A stretch of DNA of 63,216 nt, filler included, from Octopus bimaculoides (lineage: Eukaryota), in NCBI RefSeq assembly GCF_001194135.2. It is 5 parts of 5 records of this genome, joined end to end, with 100 filler letters (N's around TTAATTAATTAA, not from the genome) between each part and the next. Parts side by side here need not be neighbours in the genome. Positions count along the whole stretch, not along the records: positions 25,096 to 41,574 come from NC_068983.1; 4 more parts are not named here. One strand, 5' to 3'. Below are positions 25,673 to 37,461 of the stretch, piece after piece. A program made the position numbers and the translations under genes. How positions within the stretch are numbered: the first letter of the stretch is position 1; each line of letters begins with the position of its first letter. The notes under the pieces were generated by a model. The model saw nothing but the letters and a program-made list of their open reading frames with translations, was not told where the DNA came from and did not search any database.

Positions 25673-25990
25673 TACTAGCAGTATAGCCCGGCTTTTCCCG
25701 GGATTAAGTTGGGATTATTAAGCTTAATCAAGTTCTTTATTTCAAACCAAACTAAGTAACATCACCGTCAAATTTGGGCAGAATCAGTGTCGCGACGGGA
25801 GCGCATGGGTTGGGAGTTTGATCGGCAGAGGTGATCAGGTAACACATGCCAGCCCTTTGGAAACACCACCTCCATCATCTAACCCCTCTTTACCCATGAG
25901 TTAGGAACTCCTCCAGCAAGGAAAATAGAATGCCCAAAAAGGGCTCCTGATTTTCTGTGTCAGAAGCGGTTATGTTCAGATCACAACTAA
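25673..25990 (+). mobile_element. Probable non-autonomous Helitron-like element, 5' end
   Basis: TACTAGCAGTATAGCCCGGCTTTTCCCGG start shares its pattern with 35808 (ACTAGCAGCTAAACCCGGTTTCACCCGG). This resembles Helitron-type 5' ends as I recall them. The right boundary is uncertain. Confidence 0.4.
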
Positions 25991-26948
25991 ATCTTAAATA
26001 TATGTATATATATATACATATATTTAAGATTTAGTTGTATACGTATATATATATGTATATATATATGCATATATATGTATATGTATGTATATATNNNNNN
26101 NNNNNNNNNNNNNNNNNNNNNNNNNNNNNNNNNNNNNNNNNNNNNNNNNNNNNNNNNNNNNNNNNNNNNNNNNNNNNNNNNNNNNNNNNNNNNNNNNNNN
26201 NNNNNNNNNNNNNNNNNNNNNNNNNNNNNNNNNNNNNNNNNNNNNNNNNNNNNNNNNNNNNNNNNNNNNNNNNNNNNNNNNNNNNNNNNNNNNNNNNNNN
26301 NNNNNNNNNNNNNNNNNNNNNNNNNNNNNNNNNNNNNNNNNNNNNNNNNNNNNNNNNNNNNNNNNNNNNNNNNNNNNNNNNNNNNNNNNNNNNNNNNNNN
26401 NNNNNNNNNNNNNNNNNNNNNNNNNNNNNNNNNNNNNNNNNNNNNNNNNNNNNNNNNNNNNNNNNNNNNNNNNNNNNNNNNNNNNNNNNNNNNNNNNNNN
26501 NNNNNNNNNNNNNNNNNNNNNNNNNNNNNNNNNNNNNNNNNNNNNNNNNNNNNNNNNNNNNNNNNNNNNNNNNNNNNNNNNNNNNNGTGTGTGTGTTGCC
26601 CGTATATCAACAAAACACTTCTTTCCTCGATGGAAAAAAATAAATAACAAAAGTCTTTAAGACGTGCGCGTTGCTAGAAGGGGACTTAACTGCTGTTGTA
26701 AACAAAGGTAGATTTCTCTGACTTGAAAATTGTTAAAAGTTATGGTTGAAAATCGATTTTTACAGCTATACGCGGGTGCCTCTGAGAGAAAGAGTTGACG
26801 AAAATGCAGATAGTGTCATGACGAATGTCCTACTGAAATTGGAGCAACATGTGTGCTAATTTGTGGATGTACATAAATTATATTCCCATACACACACACA
26901 CACACACACACACACATCTTGCCATTTATATATATACGGATATATATA

Positions 26949-27456
26949 CGAGGTTACGTCAAAAATATCCGCACTTTCGCCATAAAATATATTTATTATT
27001 GTCACACTACCTTCTGCGCATGCGTACTTGCAGTTGGTACAACTGTGGTCACGTGATCGAAGTTTGAGCCTAATCGTGCCAATTTTCTTTCTGGTTTTGC
27101 AATCTAAGCATGGCCGCTCGACTAGCAATGTGTACCAAAGAAGAACTAAGAGCAGTGCTCCGATTTCTCTGGTCGGAAGGTGTGTCAGGCTTTTAGCACA
27201 ATACGGGGACAGTACACAACCGCATAGAAGTATATATGAGTGGATCGAGAAGTTTAAAAGTGGCCGGACAGGCGTGACGCACGAAGAGGGAGTAGGACGC
27301 CCGTCAACCTTCACCACTGACGAAAAAATTCAGCAAGCTCCTGAGATAGTAATGGTGAACCGGCGAGTTATCAATGATGTGGTAGCTCCTTCTCTGCAGA
27401 TTAGTCATGGTTTTGCCTATCAAATCGTCTACAATGAGCTCGGCTTCCATAAATGA
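26949..27456 (+). pseudogene. Mariner transposon 5' end with decayed transposase N-terminus (HTH)
   Basis: TA/CGAGGTTACGTCAAAAA terminal motif. Translation YGDSTQPHRSIYEWIEKFKSGRTGVTHEEGVGRPST...VNRRV...SLQISHGFAYQIVYNELGFHK is typical of mariner; it is truncated before the DDD domain. Confidence 0.8.
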
Positions 27457-27608
27457 AAGAAACGGCATTCAACAACATATTTATTGGATGTTACATGTAT
27501 TACTCAAAATAGTGAGATTCGGATTCCCCTTAGGGGGCCTTTCTCGTCAGGCTGGTAGAGGTTTCGAAAGTTGAAGTAGCACGGATCTGAACCAAACTCT
27601 TTTGAGTA

Positions 27609-27666
<58 letters not shown>

Positions 27667-28054
27667 NNNNNNNNNNNNNNNNNNNNNNNNNNNNNNNNNN
27701 NNNNNNNNNNNNNNNNNNNNNNNNNNNNNNNNNNNNNNNNNNNNNNNNNNNNNNNNNNNNNNNNNNNNNNNNNNNNNNNNNNNNNNNNNNNNNNNNNNNN
27801 NNNNNNNNNNNNNNNNNNNNNNNNNNNNNNNNNNNNNNNNNNNNNNNNNNNNNNNNNNNNNNNNNNNNNNNNNNNNNNNNNNNNNNNNNNNNNNNNNNNN
27901 NNNNNNNNNNNNNNNNNNNNNNNNNNNNNNNNNNNNNNNNNNNNNNNNNNNNNNNNNNNNNNNNNNNNNNNNNNNNNNNNNNNNNNNNNNNNNNNNNNNN
28001 NNNNNNNNNNNNNNNNNNNNNNNNNNNNNNNNNNNNNNNNNNNNNNNNNNNNNN

Positions 28055-28114
<60 letters not shown>

Positions 28115-28149
28115 GAGTAAGAAAAAAGCGGGGAGAAATGGAGAGAATT

Positions 28150-28500
28150 GTTACGTGCTTCTATTATCAATGGAGGCTTATCGCCAACGGTGTTGAGTGT
28201 TCTGAAAGCATAGTTGCTAGGATAAGGACAGGGTGAAAAAAAGGTTCGAAGAGATATTTCTTCCGCTGACAATGAAGTGATTCACGAGCCAAAAGATGCG
28301 TTGTATCCCTACCCAAGGCATCTCATTTCACCTTCCTCCAGTCCAGTCTAGTCTAGTTCAGTCCAATCCGCTGAAAAAATGAATGATGTGAACCATTGCT
28401 GTGCAACTTTTCGCCTTTTTGCTGTCACATGTAGGATGTTCCTCTGGTTCCAGAGTAGGAAGGTCGATAGGGTTTTCATGTCCATAATTTTTGAAAGAAG
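28150..28500 (-). pseudogene. Possible highly decayed Tc1/mariner-superfamily catalytic-region remnant
   Basis: NQRNILHVTAKRRKVAQQWFTSFIFSADW loosely resembles FQQD.AP.H.AK..Q.W.....FI....W. The match is weak. Confidence 0.2.
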
Positions 28501-28704
28501 AGTCCATTTACCATGTATGTACGTATGTATGTATGCATGCAAAAATGCATGCATGCATTTATGGATTTTTCTTCTCAGCAACAAGGTTGTGAAGGAAAGT
28601 ATCTTGTTTTGTTCATCATCATTTAAACCTTACGAAGGGCTTAGATTTTTACTGACCGAGATATCATGATTATTTGTAGTGTATGAATTAAGGTGTGTTC
28701 TCTT

Positions 28705-29325
28705 CTCAAGAACCCAAACTAAGTCATAATTTTCTGGTACGTAGGTGAGTTGGTATGTGTCCTGCTGCTCCAATAATAGTTACGATGCTGAAAGTGTATC
28801 TTAGATACTGGATTTGCAAACTCCATAACGGTCCATAGATGTCCTCTTTCTCCTGTATTTTTCCGACCACATTGGTGTGCAGAGGGCCACTGATTTCCAT
28901 AAGATAACATATCTTTTTCTAATGATTCCACACAGCAATATCTAACCGTTTGTGTATCTTGGTGGCTGTTTTGATTTTTAAGTTCTAACAATATTCTTTT
29001 GACCCATCAGTCCCATTACATTCAACTTCAGTTTTTGTTGTTGCTTTTCTTTCTTACTTTCATTTTTGTCTTTCGTCTTGAGGCCCGGCTAAAGGTGAGT
29101 CATGTCTCATGTGGCCCACTTCTCAAAGCAATTTTCCCATACGTGGTTTACACAATGTTCGGGGATAAGGCTTTGGATTACAATATATGATTTTGAGTCA
29201 AGAGTGAGTTAATGTTAATCAAAAAACAGGAGTATAAAAAAAAGATGAATTTGTTTGTTGGAGAGGATCATTATTACATTACTCCGGCAAATACGTTGCA
29301 TATTATTGATATCTTCTATATTTTA
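28705..29325 (-). pseudogene. R4/Dong-like non-LTR retrotransposon, restriction-like endonuclease remnant
   Basis: Minus translation KIKTATKIHKRLDIAVWNH*KKICYLMEISGPLHTNVVGKIQEKEDIYGPLWSLQIQYLRYTFSIVTIIGAAGHIPTHL matches the RPD-x-E RLE domain pattern. An upstream remnant reads C*NIEDINNM. Confidence 0.7.
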
Positions 29326-29326
29326 A

Positions 29327-29663
29327 CATTTACTTGTTTCCGTCATTAGTCTGCGATCATGCTTCGGCACCGTCTTGAATTTTAAATCAAATGAATCGAC
29401 CCTAGTACTTATTTTTAAGCCTGGTACCCATTCTATTTGCCGGACCTCTAAGTTACGGGGATGCAAACACACCAAAACCAGTTGTCAAGCAGTGGTGAAG
29501 GGGACAGAGATAGACAGATACACATGAGATTCAAGTCCCCTCACAAGGTTTTGGTCAGTCCGAGACTAAAGTAGAAAACAATTCTCCAAGGTGCCACGCA
29601 GTGGGACTGAACGTGGAATCATGCGGCTGGGAAGCAAGCTTTTTACCACACAGCCACGCCTAT
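29327..29663 (-). mobile_element. Family A SINE
   Basis: Reverse complement of head, body and tail; many CpGs are retained. Confidence 0.7.
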
Positions 29664-31477
29664 GTATTTTAAAAATATATATTGTATATGTATCACAGAC
29701 GGAACCCCTTTGTGTGTGTGTATGTGTGTGTGTGTGTGTGTCTCAAAAGGTATCCAGATATGACCATTTCATTTTTTTTTATATTACCAGGGATTAGATT
29801 ATCAAATGTATTCTTTAAAATTAAGGGAACATTTGACTTCTGTTTCTAGCAGATCAGACAAATCCATCTTATACAAAACGAATGTATCACAAAGCTGTAC
29901 AATAAAAGAAATTTGAAACAATACATCAATGGTAGCATAATATGTTGAATTAATTTATTTTACGAAAAGTAATTGCTCAACATATATTCATTAGCATCGT
30001 CTCCTCCTCCTCCTCCTCCTCCTCCTCCTCCTCCTCTTCTTCTTCCGGCAGCCACTTTTCCTTGACTTTTTCTGNNNNNNNNNNNNNNNNNNNNNNNNNN
30101 NNNNNNNNNNNNNNNNNNNNNNNNNNNNNNNNNNNNNNNNNNNNNNNNNNNNNNNNNNNNNNNNNNNNNNNNNNNNNNNNNNNNNNNNNNNNNNNNNNNN
30201 NNNNNNNNNNNNNNNNNNNNNNNNNNNNNNNNNNNNNNNNNNNNNNNNNNNNNNNNNNNNNNNNNNNNNNNNNNNNNNNNNNNNNNNNNNNNNNNNNNNN
30301 NNNNNNNNNNNNNNNNNNNNNNNNNNNNNNNNNNNNNNNNNNNNNNNNNNNNNNNNNNNNNNNNNNNNNNNNNNNNNNNNNNNNNNNNNNNNNNNNNNNN
30401 NNNNNNNNNNNNNNNNNNNNNNNNNNNNNNNNNNNNNNNNNNNNNNNNNNNNNNNNNNNNNNNNNNNNNNNNNNNNNNNNNNNNNNNNNNNNNNNNNNNN
30501 NNNNNNNNNNNNNNNNNNNNNNNNNNNNNNNNNNNNNNNNNNGGAGGGGGAAGAGGAGGAGGGGGAAGAGGAGGAGGGGAAGAGGAGGAGGAAGGGGAGG
30601 AGAATAATAATAATAAGAAGAAGAAGAAGATTGAAAAACGAAACATATACGACGGGCTTCTTCCAGCTTCCTCTACCAAACCCACTCACAAGGCTTTGGT
30701 CGGCCCGAGGCTATAATAGAAGACGCTTGCCCATGGTACCACGCAGTGGGACTGAATCCGGGACCATGTGGTTGGTATGTATATATATGATATGATATAT
30801 GCATATATACACACATCTATGTACATGCCTACATATATATGTATATATACATGTATATATGGATAGAAGACGTCAAAAACACGTGAACAAAATGAGAAAC
30901 GAAAACATGTATGGAAAACAAACTTTTTTTCGAACAGCGATGATGAAAATAGAGAAACGAGACAGGCAACATGAAGAACATTCCCTTTATCAGTTGTCCC
31001 CTGTTTTATCTACTCCGCATTTCGAAGGTAGGGACAAGACGCGACTATCTCTCTATCGACATAAGTATCTTAGAAGCTAGCTGGACTTCCATTTTTCTGC
31101 CTATCCATGTAGGTATTTAGAGGCTAGCTAATTTCAATTCAATAATTTTTAGTTTTTGTAGTTTTTAGGTTTTATTTTTCTAAGTTTGTACTTTTAGGTT
31201 TTAAGTTTTAATTTTTAATTCTAATTTTAAGTCTTAACTAATTCGTAATCCTTTATCTCATATCATGTAATTGCTATTAAGCTTGAAATATAATTTTAAA
31301 TATCCGTACTAACCACTACACTATTTTTCTTTGCAACTTTACCTAGATTGGCCTTCCATACCCACAGTAATGAAACTATTCTATTGGACCTCTGTCTAAT
31401 CACATAATTTATTATTACTTTTACCCTTTTACTCCTATCTTATTTTTATTCCTTTCTCCTCTCTTTTTCTCCTCTCT

Positions 31478-31534
<57 letters not shown>

Positions 31535-32516
31535 NNNNNNNNNNNNNNNNNNNNNNNNNNNNNNNNNNNNNNNNNNNNNNNNNNNNNNNNNNNNNNNNNN
31601 NNNNNNNNNNNNNNNNNNNNNNNNNNNNNNNNNNNNNNNNNNNNNNNNNNNNNNNNNNNNNNNNNNNNNNNNNNNNNNNNNNNNNNNNNNNNNNNNNNNN
31701 NNNNNNNNNNNNNNNNNNNNNNNNNNNNNNNNNNNNNNNNNNNNNNNNNNNNNNNNNNNNNNNNNNNNNNNNNNNNNNNNNNNNNNNNNNNNNNNNNNNN
31801 NNNNNNNNNNNNNNNNNNNNNNNNNNNNNNNNNNNNNNNNNNNNNNNNNNNNNNNNNNNNNNNNNNNNNNNNNNNNNNNNNNNNNNNNNNNNNNNNNNNN
31901 NNNNNNNNNNNNNNNNNNNNNNNNNNNNNNNNNNNNNNNNNNNNNNNNNNNNNNNNNNNNNNNNNNNNNNNNNNNNNNNNNNNNNNNNNNNNNNNNNNNN
32001 NNNNNNNNNNNNNNNNNNNNNNNTATATATGTATATGTGTGTGTGTGTGTGTGTGTGTCTACACATTTACAATATGAATACATCATTCAAAGTACTTCCA
32101 AAATACCGCCTAGATTTACCGACGATTTTAACTGGGGACTTTTACCTTCATCGAAGTACCGACCAACATCTATATCCTCTGGAAAAATAATGAGTTGTGA
32201 ACATTATTCTCCTGCCTATATTCTTCTAACTACCTTTACTCTTTATTCTTCTACTTTATTCTTTATGAACTGTGAATTTTATTCCTTGTAAATTGTAAAT
32301 TTTCCCTGTTTAAAATATCCATATCTTGTCTTTGATGACGGAATACCTAGTACGTGAACATATTAACCTACCACTTGAGTTATCCGAGAAACAGCTGAAA
32401 GACTTCAAATTCACGTTACCCTAGTTAAATTTATTGTAAATGACTTGGGATACTCACTCTGCTTTGGGTTTGGTTTTTCCTCTCATATAATACAATATAC
32501 ATATTCTTTTTTTAAT

Positions 32517-32779
32517 TCTTTTATTTGTTTCAGTCATTTCACTGCGGCCATGCTGGAGGACCGCCTTTAATCGAACAAATCGACCCCAGGACTTATTCTT
32601 TGTAAGCCTAGTACTTATTCTCTTGGTGTCTTTTCCGAACCGCTAAGTTACGGGGACGTAAACACCAGCATCGGTTGTCAGTCGATGGTGGTGGGGGGGA
32701 CAAACACAGACATACAAACACTCACACACAAACACAAACACGCATACACGCGCATACACACATACACACACATACACAC

Positions 32780-32812
<33 letters not shown>

Positions 32813-32983
32813 AATATACGACGGGCTTCTTTCAGTTTCCGTGTATCAAATCCACCCACAGAGCTTTGTTCGACTCGAGGCCATAGCAGAAGATACTTGC
32901 CCAAGGTACCACGCAGTGGGACTGAACCCGGAGCCATGTGGTTAGTAAGCAGGCTATCTACCACACAGCTACTGTTGCGCCTG
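32517..32983 (-). mobile_element. Family A SINE, full length
   Basis: Contains all modules: head, CORE-like segment, CA/TA microsatellite, CCGCTAAGTTACGGGGACG and GACTGAAACAAATAAAAG tail. Confidence 0.85.
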
Positions 32984-33669
32984 TATTGTGTGTGCATGTG
33001 TGTGTGTATATATATATGTATATATGTGTGTGTGTATGTATGAGAATATATCTATATACGTGTGTATATGTATATATGTACATATATATGTATGTGTTTA
33101 TGCATATCTGTGTGAATATGTATGTATGTATATATATATACGTGTGTGAGCATATATATCATATGTGTGTTTGTGTGTGTGTGTGTATATATATATGTGT
33201 GTGTATGTGNNNNNNNNNNNNNNNNNNNNNNNNNNNNNNNNNNNNNNNNNNNNNNNNNNNNNNNNNNNNNNNNNNNNNNNNNNNNNNNNNNNNNNNNNNN
33301 NNNNNNNNNNNNNNNNNNNNNNNNNNNNNNNNNNNNNNNNNNNNNNNNNNNNNNNNNNNNNNNNNNNNNNNNNNNNNNNNNNNNNNNNNNNNNNNNNNNN
33401 NNNNNNNNNNNNNNNNNNNNNNNNNNNNNNNNNNNNNNNNNNNNNNNNNNNNNNNNNNNNNNNNNNNNNNNNNNNNNNNNNNNNNNNNNNNNNNNNNNNN
33501 NNNNNNNNNNNNNNNNNNNNNNNNNNNNNNNNNNNNNNNNNNNNNNNNNNNNNNNNNNNNNNNNNNNNNNNNNNNNNNNNNNNNNNNNNNNNNNNNNNNN
33601 NNNNNNNNNNNNNNNNNNNNNNNNNNNNNNNNNNNNNNNNNNNNNNNNNNNNNNNNNNNNNNNNNNNNN

Positions 33670-35136
33670 ATACTATATTTGCATACACATGCATAAACTA
33701 AGAATACGCAAAAGAAACTAATAAATTATAGTAACTAATGAATCTATATACAATTATATATATTTAGGGGTGAAAAAAGTATTCGTACAGAATAAATTTA
33801 TGATTTTCTATGCCACAAAATACTGATATAATAATATTTTTTTTTTACTAGAACTTTCTCGTTTGTTCCAATAATTTTATCACTAGTCATTTTTAAGTGT
33901 CAAAACGCTAGCTTCTTCATTCAGCACTGAGACAACATAAAGTAGTGTCGTAATAATGGCGAAAAGTAAAGAAGTCACATATTCAGTGAAACACTTAATT
34001 ATTGAACAGTGGAAAGCAGGTAAAAGTTACAGGAAAATATCAGAGACCCTTTGTATTCCATTTTCTACCATATCTTCATTTATTCAAAAATATAAAAAAT
34101 CGGGAACTGTTGAAAACAGAATAAGATCCGGTGCACTACGCAAGATTTCCTCTAGATCTTTAAGAAAAATGAAGCGACGGATCGAAAAAAAAAAAACGCA
34201 ATGATCACCAGAAAAGGGTTGCAAGAAGATTTGTTAGCTTCAGGGACTAGTGTTATACTACAAACAATCAGCAATGAACTTCATAGGAATGAACTGAAGT
34301 CACGCTCTCCTAGAAAAACTCCGCTGTTGACTAAAAGGCATAGATATGCCTGTTTAAAAATTGCTTATGAACATAAAGATAAATCTGATACATTCTGGAA
34401 AATGTTTTATGGACAGACGAGTCAAAAATTGAATTGTTTGGATGAAATTCACGTAGCCATGTTTGGAGGAAAGATGGTACCACCTATTTGCTGAAAAACA
34501 CAATTCGTACTGTAATGTTTGGAGGTGGCAACATCATGGTGTGGGAGTGTTTCTCTGCAAATGGCGTTGGCAATTTACTTGTGATAGATGGTAGAATGAA
34601 TGCAGAGATGTACCAAAATATTTTGAACAATAATTTATGGGACTCTGTAGAAAAGCTCCAGCTTTGTGAAGGGTGGGTTTTACAACAAGATAACAACCCT
34701 AAGCACACGGGGAAGTCTATCAAAAAATGGATGGTCGATCACAATATATAATTATTAGAATGGCCAAGCCAGTCACTTGGCTTAAATCCCATTGAAAATT
34801 TGTGGTGTTATTTGGAAATTAAAATTCATTCAAAAGCGCCAACGTGCATTCCAGATTTGAAGAAAATTTGTCAAAAATAATGGGAAAAATTCCTAAAGAA
34901 ACATGCGAGTCATTGATTAAGAACTACCAGAAGAGATTCGTTGAAGTGGAACTGAATAATGGTTATGCTACGAAGTATTAAATCAGAATTATCGATTATT
35001 TATGTTCTGTACGAATATTTTTCACCACTAAATATTTATAATTGTATATAAATTCATTAGTTACTATAATTTATTATTTTTTTGCATATTCTTAGTTTAT
35101 GCATGTGTATGCAAATGTAGTATTGGTATATCCCAT
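33670..35136 (+). mobile_element. Tc1-like transposon with long inverted repeats (at least ~120 bp)
   Basis: 33670-33792 is the near reverse complement of 35005-35123. The left repeat starts at a gap edge and the right one runs to within 13 bp of the next gap. Confidence 0.85.
33956..34981 (+). pseudogene. Tc1 (DD34E) transposase pseudogene
   Basis: MAKSKEV...GKSYRKIS HTH; WTDESKIELFG; FGGGNIMVWECF; QQDNNPKH...WPSQSLGLNPIENLW with 34 residues between D and E. Several frameshifts and in-frame stops. Confidence 0.92.
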
Positions 35137-35237
35137 NNNNNNNNNNNNNNNNNNNNNNNNNNNNNNNNNNNNNNNNNNNNNNNNNNNNNNNNNNNNNNNN
35201 NNNNNNNNNNNNNNNNNNNNNNNNNNNNNNNNNNNNT

Positions 35238-35460
35238 TACACTCACCATCCATACAGCTTATTTTGTAGACTACATTTCTGGCTTCCTCTTGCTGGTCTG
35301 GCATCTACAGACTAGTTTCGGGGTATTGCCCCTTTTCAATGTAGAACAGCCGAACCCAGCAGGCGTCGCTACTGACCGTCTGTACGAAGAATTATTTAGC
35401 TAAATTCAGTGGAATACAAGGAGACTACGGCAGCAGTACTATTTACGAAAATAGTATAGG
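35238..35460 (-). mobile_element. Penelope-like fragment: hammerhead motif followed by GIY-YIG endonuclease start
   Basis: Minus translation DQQEEARNVVYKISCMDGEC matches the PLE NVVYKI.C..C motif. It is truncated by a gap. The upstream boundary is approximate. Confidence 0.65.
35304..35345 (-). ncRNA. Minimal type I hammerhead ribozyme motif, U3-A8 core variant
   Basis: RNA reads UCUACA-UUGAAAA-GGGG CAAUA CCCC-GAAA-C UA G-UC-UGUAGA: 6-bp stem I, 4-bp stem II, palindromic ACUAGU stem III and GUC cleavage triplet. Confidence 0.65.
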
Positions 35461-35807
35461 TCAAAGGAGGAGTTAAAATACAATAAAATGTTAGTAATCA
35501 TAATTATTATTTTGAGTACTAAGTACAAGTTTTTATCATAATAAAGTGCTTATCGATTTAATATAATTTTTCACTTACTACTTATCGGCATTTCAGTCAG
35601 TCTACCTATTGTCCAAACTAGGTAGACCAGGAGCCACCACCATATATAACTGGTCATTTAGTATTTAAAAAACAAAAGACTAGCTATTATTAAACCGTTA
35701 TTTTGGTGGGTAAAGTAGATGAATGATATATGCTATAAGGTGCTCGAAACCGCTTAAATCAATATAAAAATATAAATATTAAAATGTAGAATATAAAAAT
35801 ATATAAA

Positions 35808-37322
35808 ACTAGCAGCTAAACCCGGTTTCACCCGGTCTGTTTGGATAACGTGGCTGTGATCATTTTCGGTTAGGCATAATCTATAAAAGCGTTTCTCAAC
35901 CTTGTCATTTCGGATCTCTTGTTTCGATTGAAGCCTCTAGCTGTATGAAGATTTCACCCAACCCCTATCAGAAAATGGCTTCAGGAATTCGGGGAAATTG
36001 TATGTAAAAATCAATAGCAGCTGTATCCAATTTAAGAAAAGTTAAGATAAAAGCTAAGTGAAGAAGTATGGAATAAGTAAAGGAAATGGGGTGGGGGAGG
36101 GCGAAAGTCTTTCCAAAATATCTTCGCAGGAAAGAGCTTCAAGAGTTGTGAAGAAAGAATTTCTAGGTAGTCTGTTTGTGACAACTATTCTATTAGACCT
36201 CTGTCTAATCAGGTCTTTTAAGGTAAACACACATACATAGAAAATGTGAGGTCATGGTAGAAAATTTTTACGATGGTTGATTTATGGAAAAGATTATATT
36301 AAGTGTTTGAAATTCAAATCTCTGAATGAAAATTAAGTTCAGACCTCTACATGGTAGGTAGACCTGGTAGAAATAGCAACCAAATCTCCCTCAAAACACC
36401 CTACTGTATTAATGCGTCAATTCTGCGTATTATGTAGTTTCAATGAGGAACTGTAAGGTGTGTGAGCAACTGGTTGTGTTAATGGCAGAAGAAAGGGGAA
36501 TTGGATTAGAAAAAGTTTTAATCGATGGAATAAGTCATTCGTAACCGAAAACGTGGATTTGTGGCAAAAAAATTTTGAAATAAGGAAATTTGTGAGAAAA
36601 TGGGGTGGGGGAAGGGCAGAAGTCTTTCCAAAGTATCTTCGCAGGAAACAGCTTCAAGAGTTGTGAAGAAAGAGTTTGTACGTAGTCTGTTTATGAGAAC
36701 TATTCTATTGGATCTCTGTCTAATCACACATACATAGAAAATGTGAGGTCATGGTATGTACACACACATACATAGAAAATGTAAGGTCATGGTATGTACA
36801 CACGTACATAGAAAATGTGAGGTCATGGTATGTACATACACATACATAGAAAATGTGAGGTCATGGTAGAAAATTTTTACGATAGTTGATTTATGAAAAA
36901 GATTATGTTAAATGTTTGAAGTGCAAATCTGTGAATGAAAATTAATTTCAGACCTCTACATAGTAGGTAGACCTGGTAGAAATAGCAGCCAAATCTCCCT
37001 CAAAACACCCTACTGTATTAATGCGACAACTCTGCGTATTATGTAGTTTGAATGAGAAACTTTAAGATGTGTGAGCAACTGGTTGTGTTAATGGCAGAAG
37101 AAAGTTTTAATCGATGTTCTCGCTAAGTATGGTGGCTAGGAAAAAGTACAAGAGGCATTAAGAGGTTGACGTTAAGAACTGCTTAAACAGAAAATGAAGC
37201 TGTAAGAAGTGGGGAAATTGTATGTAAGAATTAATAGAAGACGTATCCAATTTAAAGTGAAGAAGTATGGAATAAGTAATTTTTATACGCTTATAGAAAA
37301 ACAATTTATATTATAGAATAGA
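35808..37322 (+). mobile_element. Probable non-autonomous Helitron-like element with internal duplications
   Basis: ACTAGCAG...CCCGG..CCCGG 5' motif. ~36085-36500 is duplicated at ~36600-37110 and ~35990-36080 at ~37208-37280. Ends in TATATTATAGAATAGAT. Confidence 0.45.
36725..36868. repeat. Minisatellite, 4 x 34-38 bp
   Basis: Unit CACACATACATAGAAAATGTGAGGTCATGGTATGTA. It is single-copy in the paralogous segment near 36230-36260. Confidence 0.9.
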
Positions 37323-37417
37323 TACATACCTGTTGAAGACAAAATGTATGAGAGCTATTGTATTATACGTGTGTATAATCATAGAGAAAGTGAAAGACAT
37401 TTGAAATGGACGTGTGT

Positions 37418-37461
<44 letters not shown>

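Noticed and set aside
30960-31050. Hammerhead-like GAAA/CTGATAA on the minus strand (similar partial motifs near 12875, 38240, 38505 and 58870)
   Set aside because: The stems do not close in any hammerhead topology.
36725-36868. Regular ~36-bp repeats resembling a CRISPR array
   Set aside because: The units are contiguous with no unique spacers, there are no cas genes, and the context is eukaryotic.
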